From assembly GCA_040005235.1 (NCBI GenBank), contig JBDTZG010000068.1, positions 1 through 27,144 on the forward strand: a stretch of 27,144 bases of DNA. Direction: 5' to 3'. Below are positions 1-8,557 of this stretch, piece after piece. The notes beneath the pieces were generated by a model. The model made no database searches. It was not told the DNA's origin and saw nothing but the letters and a program-made list of their open reading frames with translations. Positions within the stretch are counted from its first letter, which is position 1. Each line of letters begins with the position of its first letter. The stretch is from Acidobacteriota bacterium (lineage in GTDB: Bacteria > Acidobacteriota > Thermoanaerobaculia > Multivoradales > UBA5704). A program made the position numbers and the translations under genes.

Positions 1-3000
1 CTACTCCGGTTTCCAGACCGGCACGCGACCGGGGGTCCAGGGGGCTCCGGCGGCGTCGAGTTGCGATTCGACCTTCGGCAGTTCCACCTCGACCAGGGCA
101 CGCAGCTTGTCGAGCAGTGGACCGACCTGTTCGGCGGCGATCCGGTAGTTTTCTTGGTGAGTGGCGGTCGGGGCGGAGGTGGAACCCCAGGCCCCGAAGA
201 GGATCTGGTTGACCCGATCGGAGATCGCGAGCGGCACCGGCTCGTTTCTCCTCGAAATCGTCGAGTTGCCGGATAGTTCCACTTCCAGATCTTCGAGCTT
301 CCCTTCGATCGTTTCGAGCTGGGTATAAAGAGCCGGATCCGCCCCCGCCGTCACCTCGACCGCCTTCTTCAGGTGATCGATGCGGGTCTTCGTTTCGTCG
401 ATCAAGCTCCCTGCGCCCATCACCGCCCGCTGGAGCCGGGCGACTTTGGAGTGGAAGGCGAGCACTTGGCGCTGGTCGACGGGCGGGAGAGATCCGAGGC
501 CCAGCGGTTCGGCGCGGAAGGTACGGGCCTCTCCCAGGGGGGTGAGGATGCCGTCGACGCGCTTGGCGAGCTGTACCTTGTAGATCCCAGCGGCGGCGAG
601 CGGACCGTCGATTACGCCACGGCCCGGCTCGGGATCTTCGAGGCTGATCGGCGACTCGGCCGGATAGCGCAGGTTCCAGGCGACCCGGTGGAAACCGGCG
701 GTCGCGTCGCCGATCAGACGGCGCACGACCTGGCCCTGATCGTCGGTCACGGTGAGCACGATCTCCGGTGTCGGCTCCCGCTCTTCGGCCCGCAGCGTGT
801 CCCAAGTCGGGTAGGGATGGATGTCATCGCGGGCAGCTTCGCCTTTCGGGTCTTTTTTCGCCTCGGCCTTCTCGTCCGCCTCCTTCTCCCGCTTCCAGCG
901 CTGCTTCTCCTGGGTGGTGAGACCTTCCTTCAGGTAGTAGGTGAAGACCGCGCCGAACGGCGGATTGGGCGCGGTGAAGAAGGTCGAGCCGCGGAAACCG
1001 GGGCCCGGCTCGCCGCCGGGCGCCGCTTCGATGTACATCTTGGCTGGGCGTAGGTCGAACAGCTCCGCATCCTTCGCGACCGTCGCGGGCGTCGCTTCGC
1101 GCAGCGGCGTGAGGTCGTCGAGCACGAAGAATCCGCGGCCGAAGCTCGCGATCACCAGATCGCCCTCTCGCTTCTGGACCGCGATGTCGCGTACGGCGAC
1201 CGTCGGCAGGCCACCTTTGAGCTGCAACCAACGCTTGCCGCCGTCCTTGGTGAAGAACAGCCCGAACTCGGTCCCGACAAACATGAGGTCAGGAGCGGCG
1301 GGGTCTTGCTTCACGGCATAGGCCGGGCTGGTCTTCGGCAGGTCGCCCACGATCGACACCCAGGTCCGTCCGCGGTCTGCACTCTTCAAGACGTAGGGGT
1401 TGAAGTCGCCCATCTTGTGGTTGTCGAACGCGACGTAGACGACGTTTCCATCGGCGACGCCCGCCTCCAGGCGCGAGACGTAGGCGTTGTCCGGCACGCC
1501 AGGGAACTTTTCGACCTTGCGCCAGTTCGCACCGCCGTCCTCGCTGACCTGGACCAGGCCGTCATCGGTGCCGACGTAGAGCACTCCTTCGGCGACGGGA
1601 GATTCGGCGAGCGAGACGATGTTGCCGAAAAACGAGGTCGAAGCATTCTTCGCGACCGCGTCGATACCCCACACTTTGCCCATCACGGGGAGGAGGTTGC
1701 GATCGACCTGGCGCGTGAGGTCGGGCGAAGCCGGTCGCCACGTGGTGCCCCGGTCGTCGCTGCGGAACAGCCGGTTTGCCGCGAAGTAGAGCCGGCTCGG
1801 AGCATGGGGGCTGATCAGGATCGGCGCATCCCAATTCCACTTGAGCGGCGGCTCCCCTTTGCCCGGCTGGGGCTGGATGTCCACCTGCTCGCCGCTTTTG
1901 CGGTCGTAGCGGACGAGGCCGCCATCCTGCGATTCGGCGTAGACGATGTTCGGATTGACCGGATCGACCTGGCTGAAGAAGCCGTCGCCGCCGCTCGTCA
2001 CGAACCAATCGCCCGAGACGCCGCCATGGATGTTGTTGGTCCGCGACGGGCCGCCCAGGCTGAAATTGTCCTGCGTGCCGCCGTAGACGTAATAGAACGG
2101 TTCGCTGTTGTCCAGCGCGACGCGGTAGAACTGGGTGATCGACAGGTTCGGCGTGTGGCGCCATACCTTGCCGCGGTCAAACGATTCATAGAGGCCGCCG
2201 TCGCAACCGACGAAGAGGTGCCGGGTGTCTTCCGGGTCGATCCAGACGACGTGATTGTCGACGTGCTTGTTCTCCTCGCCGACCGGTTTGAACGTCGTGC
2301 CGCCGTCCTCGGAGACCTGGAGAAAGGTGTCGATCGAATAGACGCGGTCGGCGTCCTTCGGATCGACGAACAGCTCCTGGTAGTACTGAGGCGAGGAGGA
2401 GACGGTTTTGACCGTCCTTTCCCAGCTCGCGCCGCCGTCTTTCGAGCGAAAAAAGCCGCCCGCCTTACGCGTCGATTCGATCGTCGCGTACACCGTGTCG
2501 GGCGCGGTGGGGGCGACCGCGATGCCAATGCGCCCCATGTCCTCCTTCGGTAAGCCACCCGAGAGCTTGGTCCAGGTCGCGCCGCCGTCGCGCGTCTTGT
2601 GAATGCCGGACTCCGGGCCGCCGTCGATCAGGGTCCAGACGTGACGCCGCCGCTGATAGGCCACGGCATAGACGACGTCCGGGTTGCGCGGATCGAACGC
2701 CAGATCCGAGACGCCGGTGTTTTCCGAGATGTCGAGCACCTTCTTCCAGCTCTTGCCGCCGTCGGTCGTCTTGTAGAGGCCGCGGTCGCCGCCGGAAGCC
2801 CAAAGCGGCCCTTGCGCCGCCACCCACACCACTTGTGAGTCGCGCGGGTCGATCAGGATCTTTCCGATGTGCTCGGATTTGCCCAATCCCATGTTCTTCC
2901 AGCTCGCCCCGCCGTCAGTCGACTTATAGACGCCATCGCCCCAGGAGACGCTCCGCTGGCTGTTGTTCTCGCCGCTGCCGGCCCAGATCGTCAGCGAATC

Positions 3001-3519
3001 CTTGGAATCGATCGCCAGGCAACCGATCGAGTTGACCGACTCGCCGTCGAAGATCGGCTGCCAGGTGACGCCCCGATTAGTGCTCTTCCAAATTCCCGCT
3101 GCCGCGGCCGCCAGATAGAGAACGCTCGAATCTCTCGGATCCGCAACGAAATCGGTGATTCGTCCGGACGTGAGCGCCGGCCCGATCCCGCGCAGCTCCA
3201 GCCCCGAGAAGGTATCGCCGTTCCAAGGGTCCTTCTTCTTGGCGTCCTTCTTGGCGTCCTTCGCCTCGGCCCTCTTGAGCTTTGCCTTTTCGTCCTTCTT
3301 CGTCCCCGCGGCGGCCTCCTGTTCGCGCTTCGCCGCGGCCTCGCGTTCGTCTTTCCTCTGCTGTTCTTTGGCGAGCTCTTCCTTTTTCAGCTCTTCCTTC
3401 TTGGTCTTGGTCGGATCTTCCTGCTGCGCGTTCGGCTCTTGCGCAAGAGCCAAGGGCACGAGCCCCGTCACGAAGAGGAGTCCCATAAGGACTGCGAGGG
3501 CGATCACTCTCTGTTTCAA
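1..3519 (-). CDS. Secreted Asp-box (BNR)/VPS10-sortilin-like beta-propeller protein (putative glycosyl hydrolase) with C-terminal coiled coil
   Basis: Many Asp-box repeats (STNRGVTW, STDGGASW, TTDGGKSW, SKDGGASW, SDDRGTTW, SEDGGANW) and the motifs GPALTSGRI and GGTQDN. Start moved from 3639 to TTG at 3519 because GGAG lies 7 nt upstream and a signal peptide follows (MKQRVIALAVLMGLLFVTGLVPLALA-QE). Stop TAG at 1-3. Confidence 0.85.
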   Translation of the reverse strand: MKQRVIALAVLMGLLFVTGLVPLALAQEPNAQQEDPTKTKKEELKKEELAKEQQRKDEREAAAKREQEAAAGTKKDEKAKLKRAEAKDAKKDAKKKDPWNGDTFSGLELRGIGPALTSGRITDFVADPRDSSVLYLAAAAAGIWKSTNRGVTWQPIFDGESVNSIGCLAIDSKDSLTIWAGSGENNSQRSVSWGDGVYKSTDGGASWKNMGLGKSEHIGKILIDPRDSQVVWVAAQGPLWASGGDRGLYKTTDGGKSWKKVLDISENTGVSDLAFDPRNPDVVYAVAYQRRRHVWTLIDGGPESGIHKTRDGGATWTKLSGGLPKEDMGRIGIAVAPTAPDTVYATIESTRKAGGFFRSKDGGASWERTVKTVSSSPQYYQELFVDPKDADRVYSIDTFLQVSEDGGTTFKPVGEENKHVDNHVVWIDPEDTRHLFVGCDGGLYESFDRGKVWRHTPNLSITQFYRVALDNSEPFYYVYGGTQDNFSLGGPSRTNNIHGGVSGDWFVTSGGDGFFSQVDPVNPNIVYAESQDGGLVRYDRKSGEQVDIQPQPGKGEPPLKWNWDAPILISPHAPSRLYFAANRLFRSDDRGTTWRPASPDLTRQVDRNLLPVMGKVWGIDAVAKNASTSFFGNIVSLAESPVAEGVLYVGTDDGLVQVSEDGGANWRKVEKFPGVPDNAYVSRLEAGVADGNVVYVAFDNHKMGDFNPYVLKSADRGRTWVSIVGDLPKTSPAYAVKQDPAAPDLMFVGTEFGLFFTKDGGKRWLQLKGGLPTVAVRDIAVQKREGDLVIASFGRGFFVLDDLTPLREATPATVAKDAELFDLRPAKMYIEAAPGGEPGPGFRGSTFFTAPNPPFGAVFTYYLKEGLTTQEKQRWKREKEADEKAEAKKDPKGEAARDDIHPYPTWDTLRAEEREPTPEIVLTVTDDQGQVVRRLIGDATAGFHRVAWNLRYPAESPISLEDPEPGRGVIDGPLAAAGIYKVQLAKRVDGILTPLGEARTFRAEPLGLGSLPPVDQRQVLAFHSKVARLQRAVMGAGSLIDETKTRIDHLKKAVEVTAGADPALYTQLETIEGKLEDLEVELSGNSTISRRNEPVPLAISDRVNQILFGAWGSTSAPTATHQENYRIAAEQVGPLLDKLRALVEVELPKVESQLDAAGAPWTPGRVPVWKPE

Positions 3520-3619
3520 GGCGCTGCTCCTATCAGTGGTTACGCGACTGTGCCGGCGGGAGGCACACGGGCTCCCGGAAGCATACGGCGGCAGGAGCCA
3601 GAAGGTTCTGGCCGCCCCC

Positions 3620-6600
3620 CTACCGAACCGCCATCCCATCCGGCTCCCGGCCGGTCTCGATCACCCGCACGACATCCAGGCTTTCAGTGTCGATTTCGAT
3701 CACCCGGTCGGATTGCGTGGCGGCGACGTAGGCGCGTCTTCCCGAAGGGGCGAAGAGGAGGCCCACGGGAGCGGGGCTGTTGGCGAAGCGATCGCCGAAA
3801 AGGCGATCTTTCGCTTCGGCGACGACGCTCAAGTCGAGCTTTTTCCTCAGCGTTTCGCGTTTCCGCACCGGGTCGATGGCGACCACTTCTCCCGATTTGG
3901 TGGCGGTGACCAGGGCGCGCAGGCCGCGCGGGGAAAAGGCGATGCGAATGGGATAGCCGGAGCAAGGGACGGTGGCGATCACCGTGAGGCGATCGGCGTC
4001 GATGACGGACAGCGTGTCGGCTTCGCGGTTGGTCACCCAGACCTCCCTCGTGCCGGGGCGGAAGGCGATCCCTTCGGCGCCGGCTCCGGTGGGGATGTCC
4101 TTCAACTTCTGGCCGGTCCCTAGGTCGATCACGGTGACGCTGCCCGAGCCGATATTGGCAACGAACGCGCGGTTCCCTTCCGGGGTCACCGCGACCATGT
4201 GGGAAATCTCCTGCCCGGTTGCCACCGCTCGCACGATCTGGCCCTCGCGCGGTTTGACGATCAGCAGCTCGCCGCTTCCCTCGGCGGTCACCGCGAGGTA
4301 TTGAGGACCTAGCCAGGCGAGGCCATGCGGTTTCTTGGGGGCGCCGAGATCAACTTTCTTGACGACGCTACGCGTCGCCAGGTCGATCACCGTGAGGCTC
4401 GATCCCGGCTCCGCCTTCGTGCCGTAGTCGCTCACCACCAGTGTCGTTCCGTCCGGCGAGATCGCCGCCTCGTGCGGGCCGTTGCCGGTCGGAATCGTTG
4501 CGCGGCTCTTGCCCGTCGCGGGATCGACCAGATCGACGCTCGCGTCGGATTTCCTCACGATCGCGAGGGTCTCAGCCGGCTCGACGAGCCAACGGCGGAA
4601 CCAGCCGACCGTCTGGGCGTAGCGCTCGCGCTCGCCCTCGTTGTTCAGCCGGTGCCCTTGGTCGGGGAAAATGTATAGCTCGGAGGGAACTCCCAGACGG
4701 CGCAGCGCCTTCCAGAATTCATACCCCTGCGGCGCCGGCACCTCCGAATCGCGTTCGCCATGGAGCATCAGCGTCGGAGTCTTGGCGTGGGAGACGAAGG
4801 TGATCGGCGAGCTGCGCGCGTAGATCCACGGGTCTTCTTCGACGGTCGCACCGAAGAACGGCACGAGCCAGTCATCGATCCGGTTCTGGCCCGCGTAGCT
4901 CTGCCAATTCGAGATGCCCGCTCCGGCGACAGCCGCCGCAAAGCGATCGCTCTTGGCCACCGCCCACATGACCATGTAACCGCCGTAGCTCCAGCCGAAG
5001 ATCCCCACCTGGCCCGGATCGATCGGCGCCGCCTTCGGTGCGTTGGCGACGGCAGCATCCACGCCTCGCTCGATGTCGCGGAAATCGCCATAGCCGAAAT
5101 CCTTGAAGTTCGCGGCCTGGAACGCAGCGCCACTTCCGAAGCTGCCGCGCGGGTTGGGCATCAGGACGTAGAACCCCGCCTCCGCGAGGACTCCCGCTAT
5201 GGTCGGCCAGCCGGAGTGATGCGCCGAGGACGGACCGCCGTGGACCAGCACGATCATCGCCTGACGTTTGCCCGGTTCGGGATGGAGCGGCGGAAGGAGC
5301 CAGCCTTGGATGTCCAAGCCGTCGCTCGTCCACCGCAGGTCTTTTGCCGCGCCCCAAAGCGGATGGACTCCGGCGTTTCGACGCGTGATCTGGCGCCAGC
5401 CGCCGATTTCTCCGGCCCAGATCTCGGGGGGATGCTCGAACGAATGGCGGATCATGGCCGAGGTCTTCCCGTCCGCGGCGAGCGAAAGACCGATCGCCCC
5501 TCCGGCGAGAACGAAGGATTCGGCCCCGCGCCATCGGCTCTCGATCCTTCCGGTCGCAAGCTCGACGGTCGAGATGCCGGTCGAGCCGGCGATGTTTTCC
5601 ACCCAGAGCAGACGGTCGGGGCTGGACCAGGCGAACCAGGCGGGCGACGCGGCGAAACCCGGCGTCAGGTTTCGCGCTGCGGGCCGTTGGGTGCCCTCAT
5701 TTCCGGAGGACGTATCCAAGGGGAGCGTCCAGACATCGCCGCCGGTCGAGCCGGCATCGCTCATCAAGCCTTCGATCCAGGCGACGTTACGTCCGTCGGG
5801 CGACCAGCGCGGCATGGCGATCTGAACCTTGGGCTCGTAGAGGACCCTTCCCGCCGGGGCTGTGGCGTCGAAACGCATTAGTTTGGCCACCCACCATTTC
5901 GCGTCCCCCTCCCCGTGGGCCGCCGTCGCGACGAACGCCGAGCCGTCGGGCGAGGCGTCGTACTCGTAGACGAATAGATCCGCGGGCGAGACCCACCGGA
6001 GCGCGCCGTTTGCAGCTTCGAACCGGGCGATTCGTTGAACGTCCGGATGATCGCCGACCAGGCCCGCGTCGCGCGGATGCGCCGCGAGCGGCCCTGCCGC
6101 ATCCATCCGCCCTTCGATCGCCAAAGCCGTGAGGCCCAGGCCGTCCGGCAGCCAGCGCAGATCGGCGAGCTGGCCGGCAAACCCGGTCAGGCGCCGAACC
6201 GCCGGACGGGACGTGCCGCCTTTCTTTCCGGCAGCCGGGGAGGGCGCGAGGTCGGCGAGCCAGATCTGGAGCTGCGGACTGCGGCCGTCGTCGGCAAGGA
6301 ACGCCAATCGCCGGCTGTCGGGCGAAAACGCCGGAACGGCGGCAGCGTCGCCGGGCAGATCGATCGTGGTCGGAGTCGGAGGCGAGGTCTCTGGAGAGTC
6401 GGCGGAAAGCACCGCGGTGCGGAGTGCGAGCTTGCCCGAAGGGCGGCCGTCGGCGTCGAGCAGCGCTTCCACCCAGGCGACCCGGCGGCCGTCCGGCGCG
6501 ATCGCGACGTCGCGAAAGCCCGTTCCGGCATGGAGGGCGGCTTCGATCGGATCGATCGCCGGATGAGGCGCGATCGGCGGCTTAGGGTCGGCCGCACCGA

Positions 6601-6664
6601 CCGGCAATACCGCGAGCCAAGTTCCAAGAAGCCCGAGAGCTCCGAGACGCCAATTCCGCTGCAT
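3620..6664 (-). CDS. Secreted S9-family (prolyl oligopeptidase/acylaminoacyl peptidase-like) serine peptidase fused to a C-terminal YVTN/YncE-type beta-propeller
   Basis: Signal peptide; PD40-like repeats (SPDSRRLAF, WSPDGRNVAW); HGGP, NPRGS, nucleophile GWSYGG, Asp in HGERD, His in DQGH. About 315 aa of YVTN-like repeats follow (IPTGNGPHEAAISPDG, IPTGAGAEGIAF, IETGREPDGMA). GGAGG RBS upstream. Confidence 0.85.
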   Translation of the reverse strand: MQRNWRLGALGLLGTWLAVLPVGAADPKPPIAPHPAIDPIEAALHAGTGFRDVAIAPDGRRVAWVEALLDADGRPSGKLALRTAVLSADSPETSPPTPTTIDLPGDAAAVPAFSPDSRRLAFLADDGRSPQLQIWLADLAPSPAAGKKGGTSRPAVRRLTGFAGQLADLRWLPDGLGLTALAIEGRMDAAGPLAAHPRDAGLVGDHPDVQRIARFEAANGALRWVSPADLFVYEYDASPDGSAFVATAAHGEGDAKWWVAKLMRFDATAPAGRVLYEPKVQIAMPRWSPDGRNVAWIEGLMSDAGSTGGDVWTLPLDTSSGNEGTQRPAARNLTPGFAASPAWFAWSSPDRLLWVENIAGSTGISTVELATGRIESRWRGAESFVLAGGAIGLSLAADGKTSAMIRHSFEHPPEIWAGEIGGWRQITRRNAGVHPLWGAAKDLRWTSDGLDIQGWLLPPLHPEPGKRQAMIVLVHGGPSSAHHSGWPTIAGVLAEAGFYVLMPNPRGSFGSGAAFQAANFKDFGYGDFRDIERGVDAAVANAPKAAPIDPGQVGIFGWSYGGYMVMWAVAKSDRFAAAVAGAGISNWQSYAGQNRIDDWLVPFFGATVEEDPWIYARSSPITFVSHAKTPTLMLHGERDSEVPAPQGYEFWKALRRLGVPSELYIFPDQGHRLNNEGERERYAQTVGWFRRWLVEPAETLAIVRKSDASVDLVDPATGKSRATIPTGNGPHEAAISPDGTTLVVSDYGTKAEPGSSLTVIDLATRSVVKKVDLGAPKKPHGLAWLGPQYLAVTAEGSGELLIVKPREGQIVRAVATGQEISHMVAVTPEGNRAFVANIGSGSVTVIDLGTGQKLKDIPTGAGAEGIAFRPGTREVWVTNREADTLSVIDADRLTVIATVPCSGYPIRIAFSPRGLRALVTATKSGEVVAIDPVRKRETLRKKLDLSVVAEAKDRLFGDRFANSPAPVGLLFAPSGRRAYVAATQSDRVIEIDTESLDVVRVIETGREPDGMAVR

Positions 6665-6702
6665 CTACCACCTCCGCCGCCCGTTGCGGGCAGAGGCGAA
6701 TC

Positions 6703-8019
6703 TTAGCCGATGCGCCCTCCATCGCCGCCGCGGAACTTGAGATCTCGATCGACAGACGCCTCGCGAAGGTAGGCGGACAACCGGTTCACGAAGGAGAGCG
6801 TGACCTTCTCCCGCCTTGCGGCCTCTTGGAACAGCACGAGCGACGCGAGCGCTTCACGGTGAATGTCCTGTGCCTGAAAGATCGGAATCATCGCCTCGGC
6901 GAGAAAGCGAACCTCTTCGCCCCGGCCCGCGCGAAGGTAGAACGCGGCGAGGTCCATGGAAACGATCGCGGCATCAAAGCCCATCTTCCGATCGAGGAAC
7001 GCGTCGCGCGCTGCGACGAGCGAAGCCTCTGCGGCCTCCAACCGCCCTATGCCGTCCGCCACCAGGCCCCACAGCCACTCCCGCCGAATCAAGAAAACGG
7101 GGCCGCCATGGGCTGCGAAAAGCTCCGCGTCTTCATCGAACGACTCGGACGCTTCCTCGTGCCGGCCGGAAGCGACGAGATAAGAGGTTAGATTGTGTCG
7201 AGCGCAAAGATAATCCTGGATGTCCAGATCTGGACGGATCTCGCGGAACGCGTGCTCAAGCGTCGAGATGGCGCGGATCGGATCACCGCGATAAAAATGG
7301 ACATCGGCCAAGATCAGCTTCACCTTCGCCAGCCGCTCCTCGCGTCCCGCGATCTGGTAGAGCGCGAGCGCACGTCCCAGCAGATCCTCTGCCTGGTCGA
7401 AGCGACGCTGGTCCTTGCGCAGAGATCCTTCCAAGTCGTCAACCTCGGCGAGGACTGCCAAATCTGTCACGTCTTGAGAGTGGAGCAGGAAGCGGACGTA
7501 CTCAAAGTGGCGGTCTGCTGTTCGAAGATCCCCCTGAGCCCGGCAGGCATTTCCCATCGCGGCGGCGGCCAATACATGTAAGTCAAAAGAGTTCGCTGAA
7601 CGGTCGGCGATTGAAAGTGCCAGCGCGGCCAAGTGATAGGAGACGTCGCAGTCCTCGCGTAGCGCCTCGCGGGAGGCTCCGAGGAGGCGACGCACGAGTG
7701 CAGGCCCGCGAAATCGGGAGCGCGAACGGGCGACTCGTGCCGGCCGCGCACCGACGGGCAATGCAATCAGCTCGGCGAAATCGCGGGTAGCCTGCTCTTC
7801 CGCCTCGGCAATTTTCGTCGTTGAAGCCGCCAGTAGTGGCACCATCAGCCTGGGATCGACGGCCCGATCCGATTCGAGAGGGCTTTCTCGCCAAGCGGCG
7901 ACCTCGCGCGCACAGCAGGGGCAGAGAGACGTCAAATGCTCCAAGCCGACCCGGGCTAGAAGCCGGGGCGGTAGGTCGCCGTTTGCGACCGCACGCAATA
8001 GATCCCGCGTGATGTGCAT
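6703..8019 (-). CDS. Cytoplasmic tetratricopeptide-repeat protein with N-terminal His/Cys zinc-binding (anti-sigma ZAS-like) motif
   Basis: RBS AGGGAGG directly upstream of ATG. N-terminus MH...EHLTSLCPCC. TPR-like helices (AMGNACRAQGDLRTADRHF, LEGSLRKDQRRFDQAEDLLGRALALY, LADVHFYRGDPIRAISTLEHA, HNLTSYLVASGRHEEA). No signal peptide or TM segment. Confidence 0.8.
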   Translation of the reverse strand: MHITRDLLRAVANGDLPPRLLARVGLEHLTSLCPCCAREVAAWRESPLESDRAVDPRLMVPLLAASTTKIAEAEEQATRDFAELIALPVGARPARVARSRSRFRGPALVRRLLGASREALREDCDVSYHLAALALSIADRSANSFDLHVLAAAAMGNACRAQGDLRTADRHFEYVRFLLHSQDVTDLAVLAEVDDLEGSLRKDQRRFDQAEDLLGRALALYQIAGREERLAKVKLILADVHFYRGDPIRAISTLEHAFREIRPDLDIQDYLCARHNLTSYLVASGRHEEASESFDEDAELFAAHGGPVFLIRREWLWGLVADGIGRLEAAEASLVAARDAFLDRKMGFDAAIVSMDLAAFYLRAGRGEEVRFLAEAMIPIFQAQDIHREALASLVLFQEAARREKVTLSFVNRLSAYLREASVDRDLKFRGGDGGRIG

Positions 8020-8103
8020 CAGATCCTCCCTCGGACCAGAAATTCGATTTCGATGGGGCTATTACCCAACTAGGTGAGAGAACTTGGGATTTCGTGACAA
8101 GAG

Positions 8104-8143
8104 CAAGAAAGGGCTGCGAGCGGCAACCTGCCGTTCGCAGCCC
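8104..8143 (-). terminator. Intrinsic terminator downstream of the DPNG prepeptide gene
   Basis: Minus strand reads GGGCTGCGAACGGCA-GGT-TGCCGCTCGCAGCCC (15-bp stem, one mismatch) followed by TTTCTTG, 12 nt after the stop codon at 8156. Confidence 0.7.
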
Positions 8144-8155
8144 TGACGGCCTCAT

Positions 8156-8407
8156 TCAGCCATTGGGATCGACGGTAACGCCCCTCTCTGCGGTAGAGGT
8201 TCCGCCTGAATCGGCCCCGGGGGCGGCGGGCGTTGGCCGGCCGTTGGGATCGATCGTACCGCCACGATCCGAAGCAGCCCACACGGCCTGCGGGTGACTC
8301 TCTCCGCCGAGAAATCCGTGGAACAGCTGTTCCAAACGACCGAACCAGGAGCCGTCGGCGAAGAGCAGACCTGCGAGGAGAAGCGAAGAAGCGGAGCGAC
8401 GAAACAT
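8156..8407 (-). CDS. Small secreted prepeptide (83 aa) with two [DE]RG[GV]T[IV]DPNG core repeats; putative signalling-peptide precursor
   Basis: Strong RBS AGGGAGGT about 5 nt before ATG. Basic/hydrophobic N-terminus MFRRSASSLLLAGLLFA, then an amphipathic segment WFGRLEQLFHGFL. Repeats DRGGTIDPNG and ERGVTVDPNG, the second ending at the stop. Followed by a terminator. Confidence 0.75.
   Translation of the reverse strand: MFRRSASSLLLAGLLFADGSWFGRLEQLFHGFLGGESHPQAVWAASDRGGTIDPNGRPTPAAPGADSGGTSTAERGVTVDPNG
8159..8269 (-). repeat. Two imperfect 30-nt repeats encoding DRGGTIDPNG (8240-8269) and ERGVTVDPNG (8159-8188)
   Basis: 7/10 identical amino acids, with D/E and I/V conservative. Several identical residues use different codons (CGT/AGG, ACG/ACC, AAC/AAT), which points to protein-level conservation. 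Confidence 0.8.
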
Positions 8408-8557
8408 GAAGCACCTCCCTCATCGAGGATGCTGCCGGCCGCGCCTCTTTGGCCCGGTGGCGCGACCCTCCCAAGGAAAAAGGTGCCGGAAAAGAGAATT
8501 TTCAAGTAGCGATCCGCCAACGGCGACTCAAAAATGCGGCTTACGCTCGCTCACCGC

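Noticed and set aside
8159-8269. Repeats as a CRISPR array or DNA-level repeat element
   Set aside because: Only two copies, diverged at synonymous positions, in frame in an ORF; no cas genes.
8070-8520. Alternative small ORFs 8070-8474, 8152-8520, 8094-8297 and 8294-8509
   Set aside because: No clear RBS or motif; only 8156-8407 has an SD, signal-like N-terminus, internal repeats and a following terminator.
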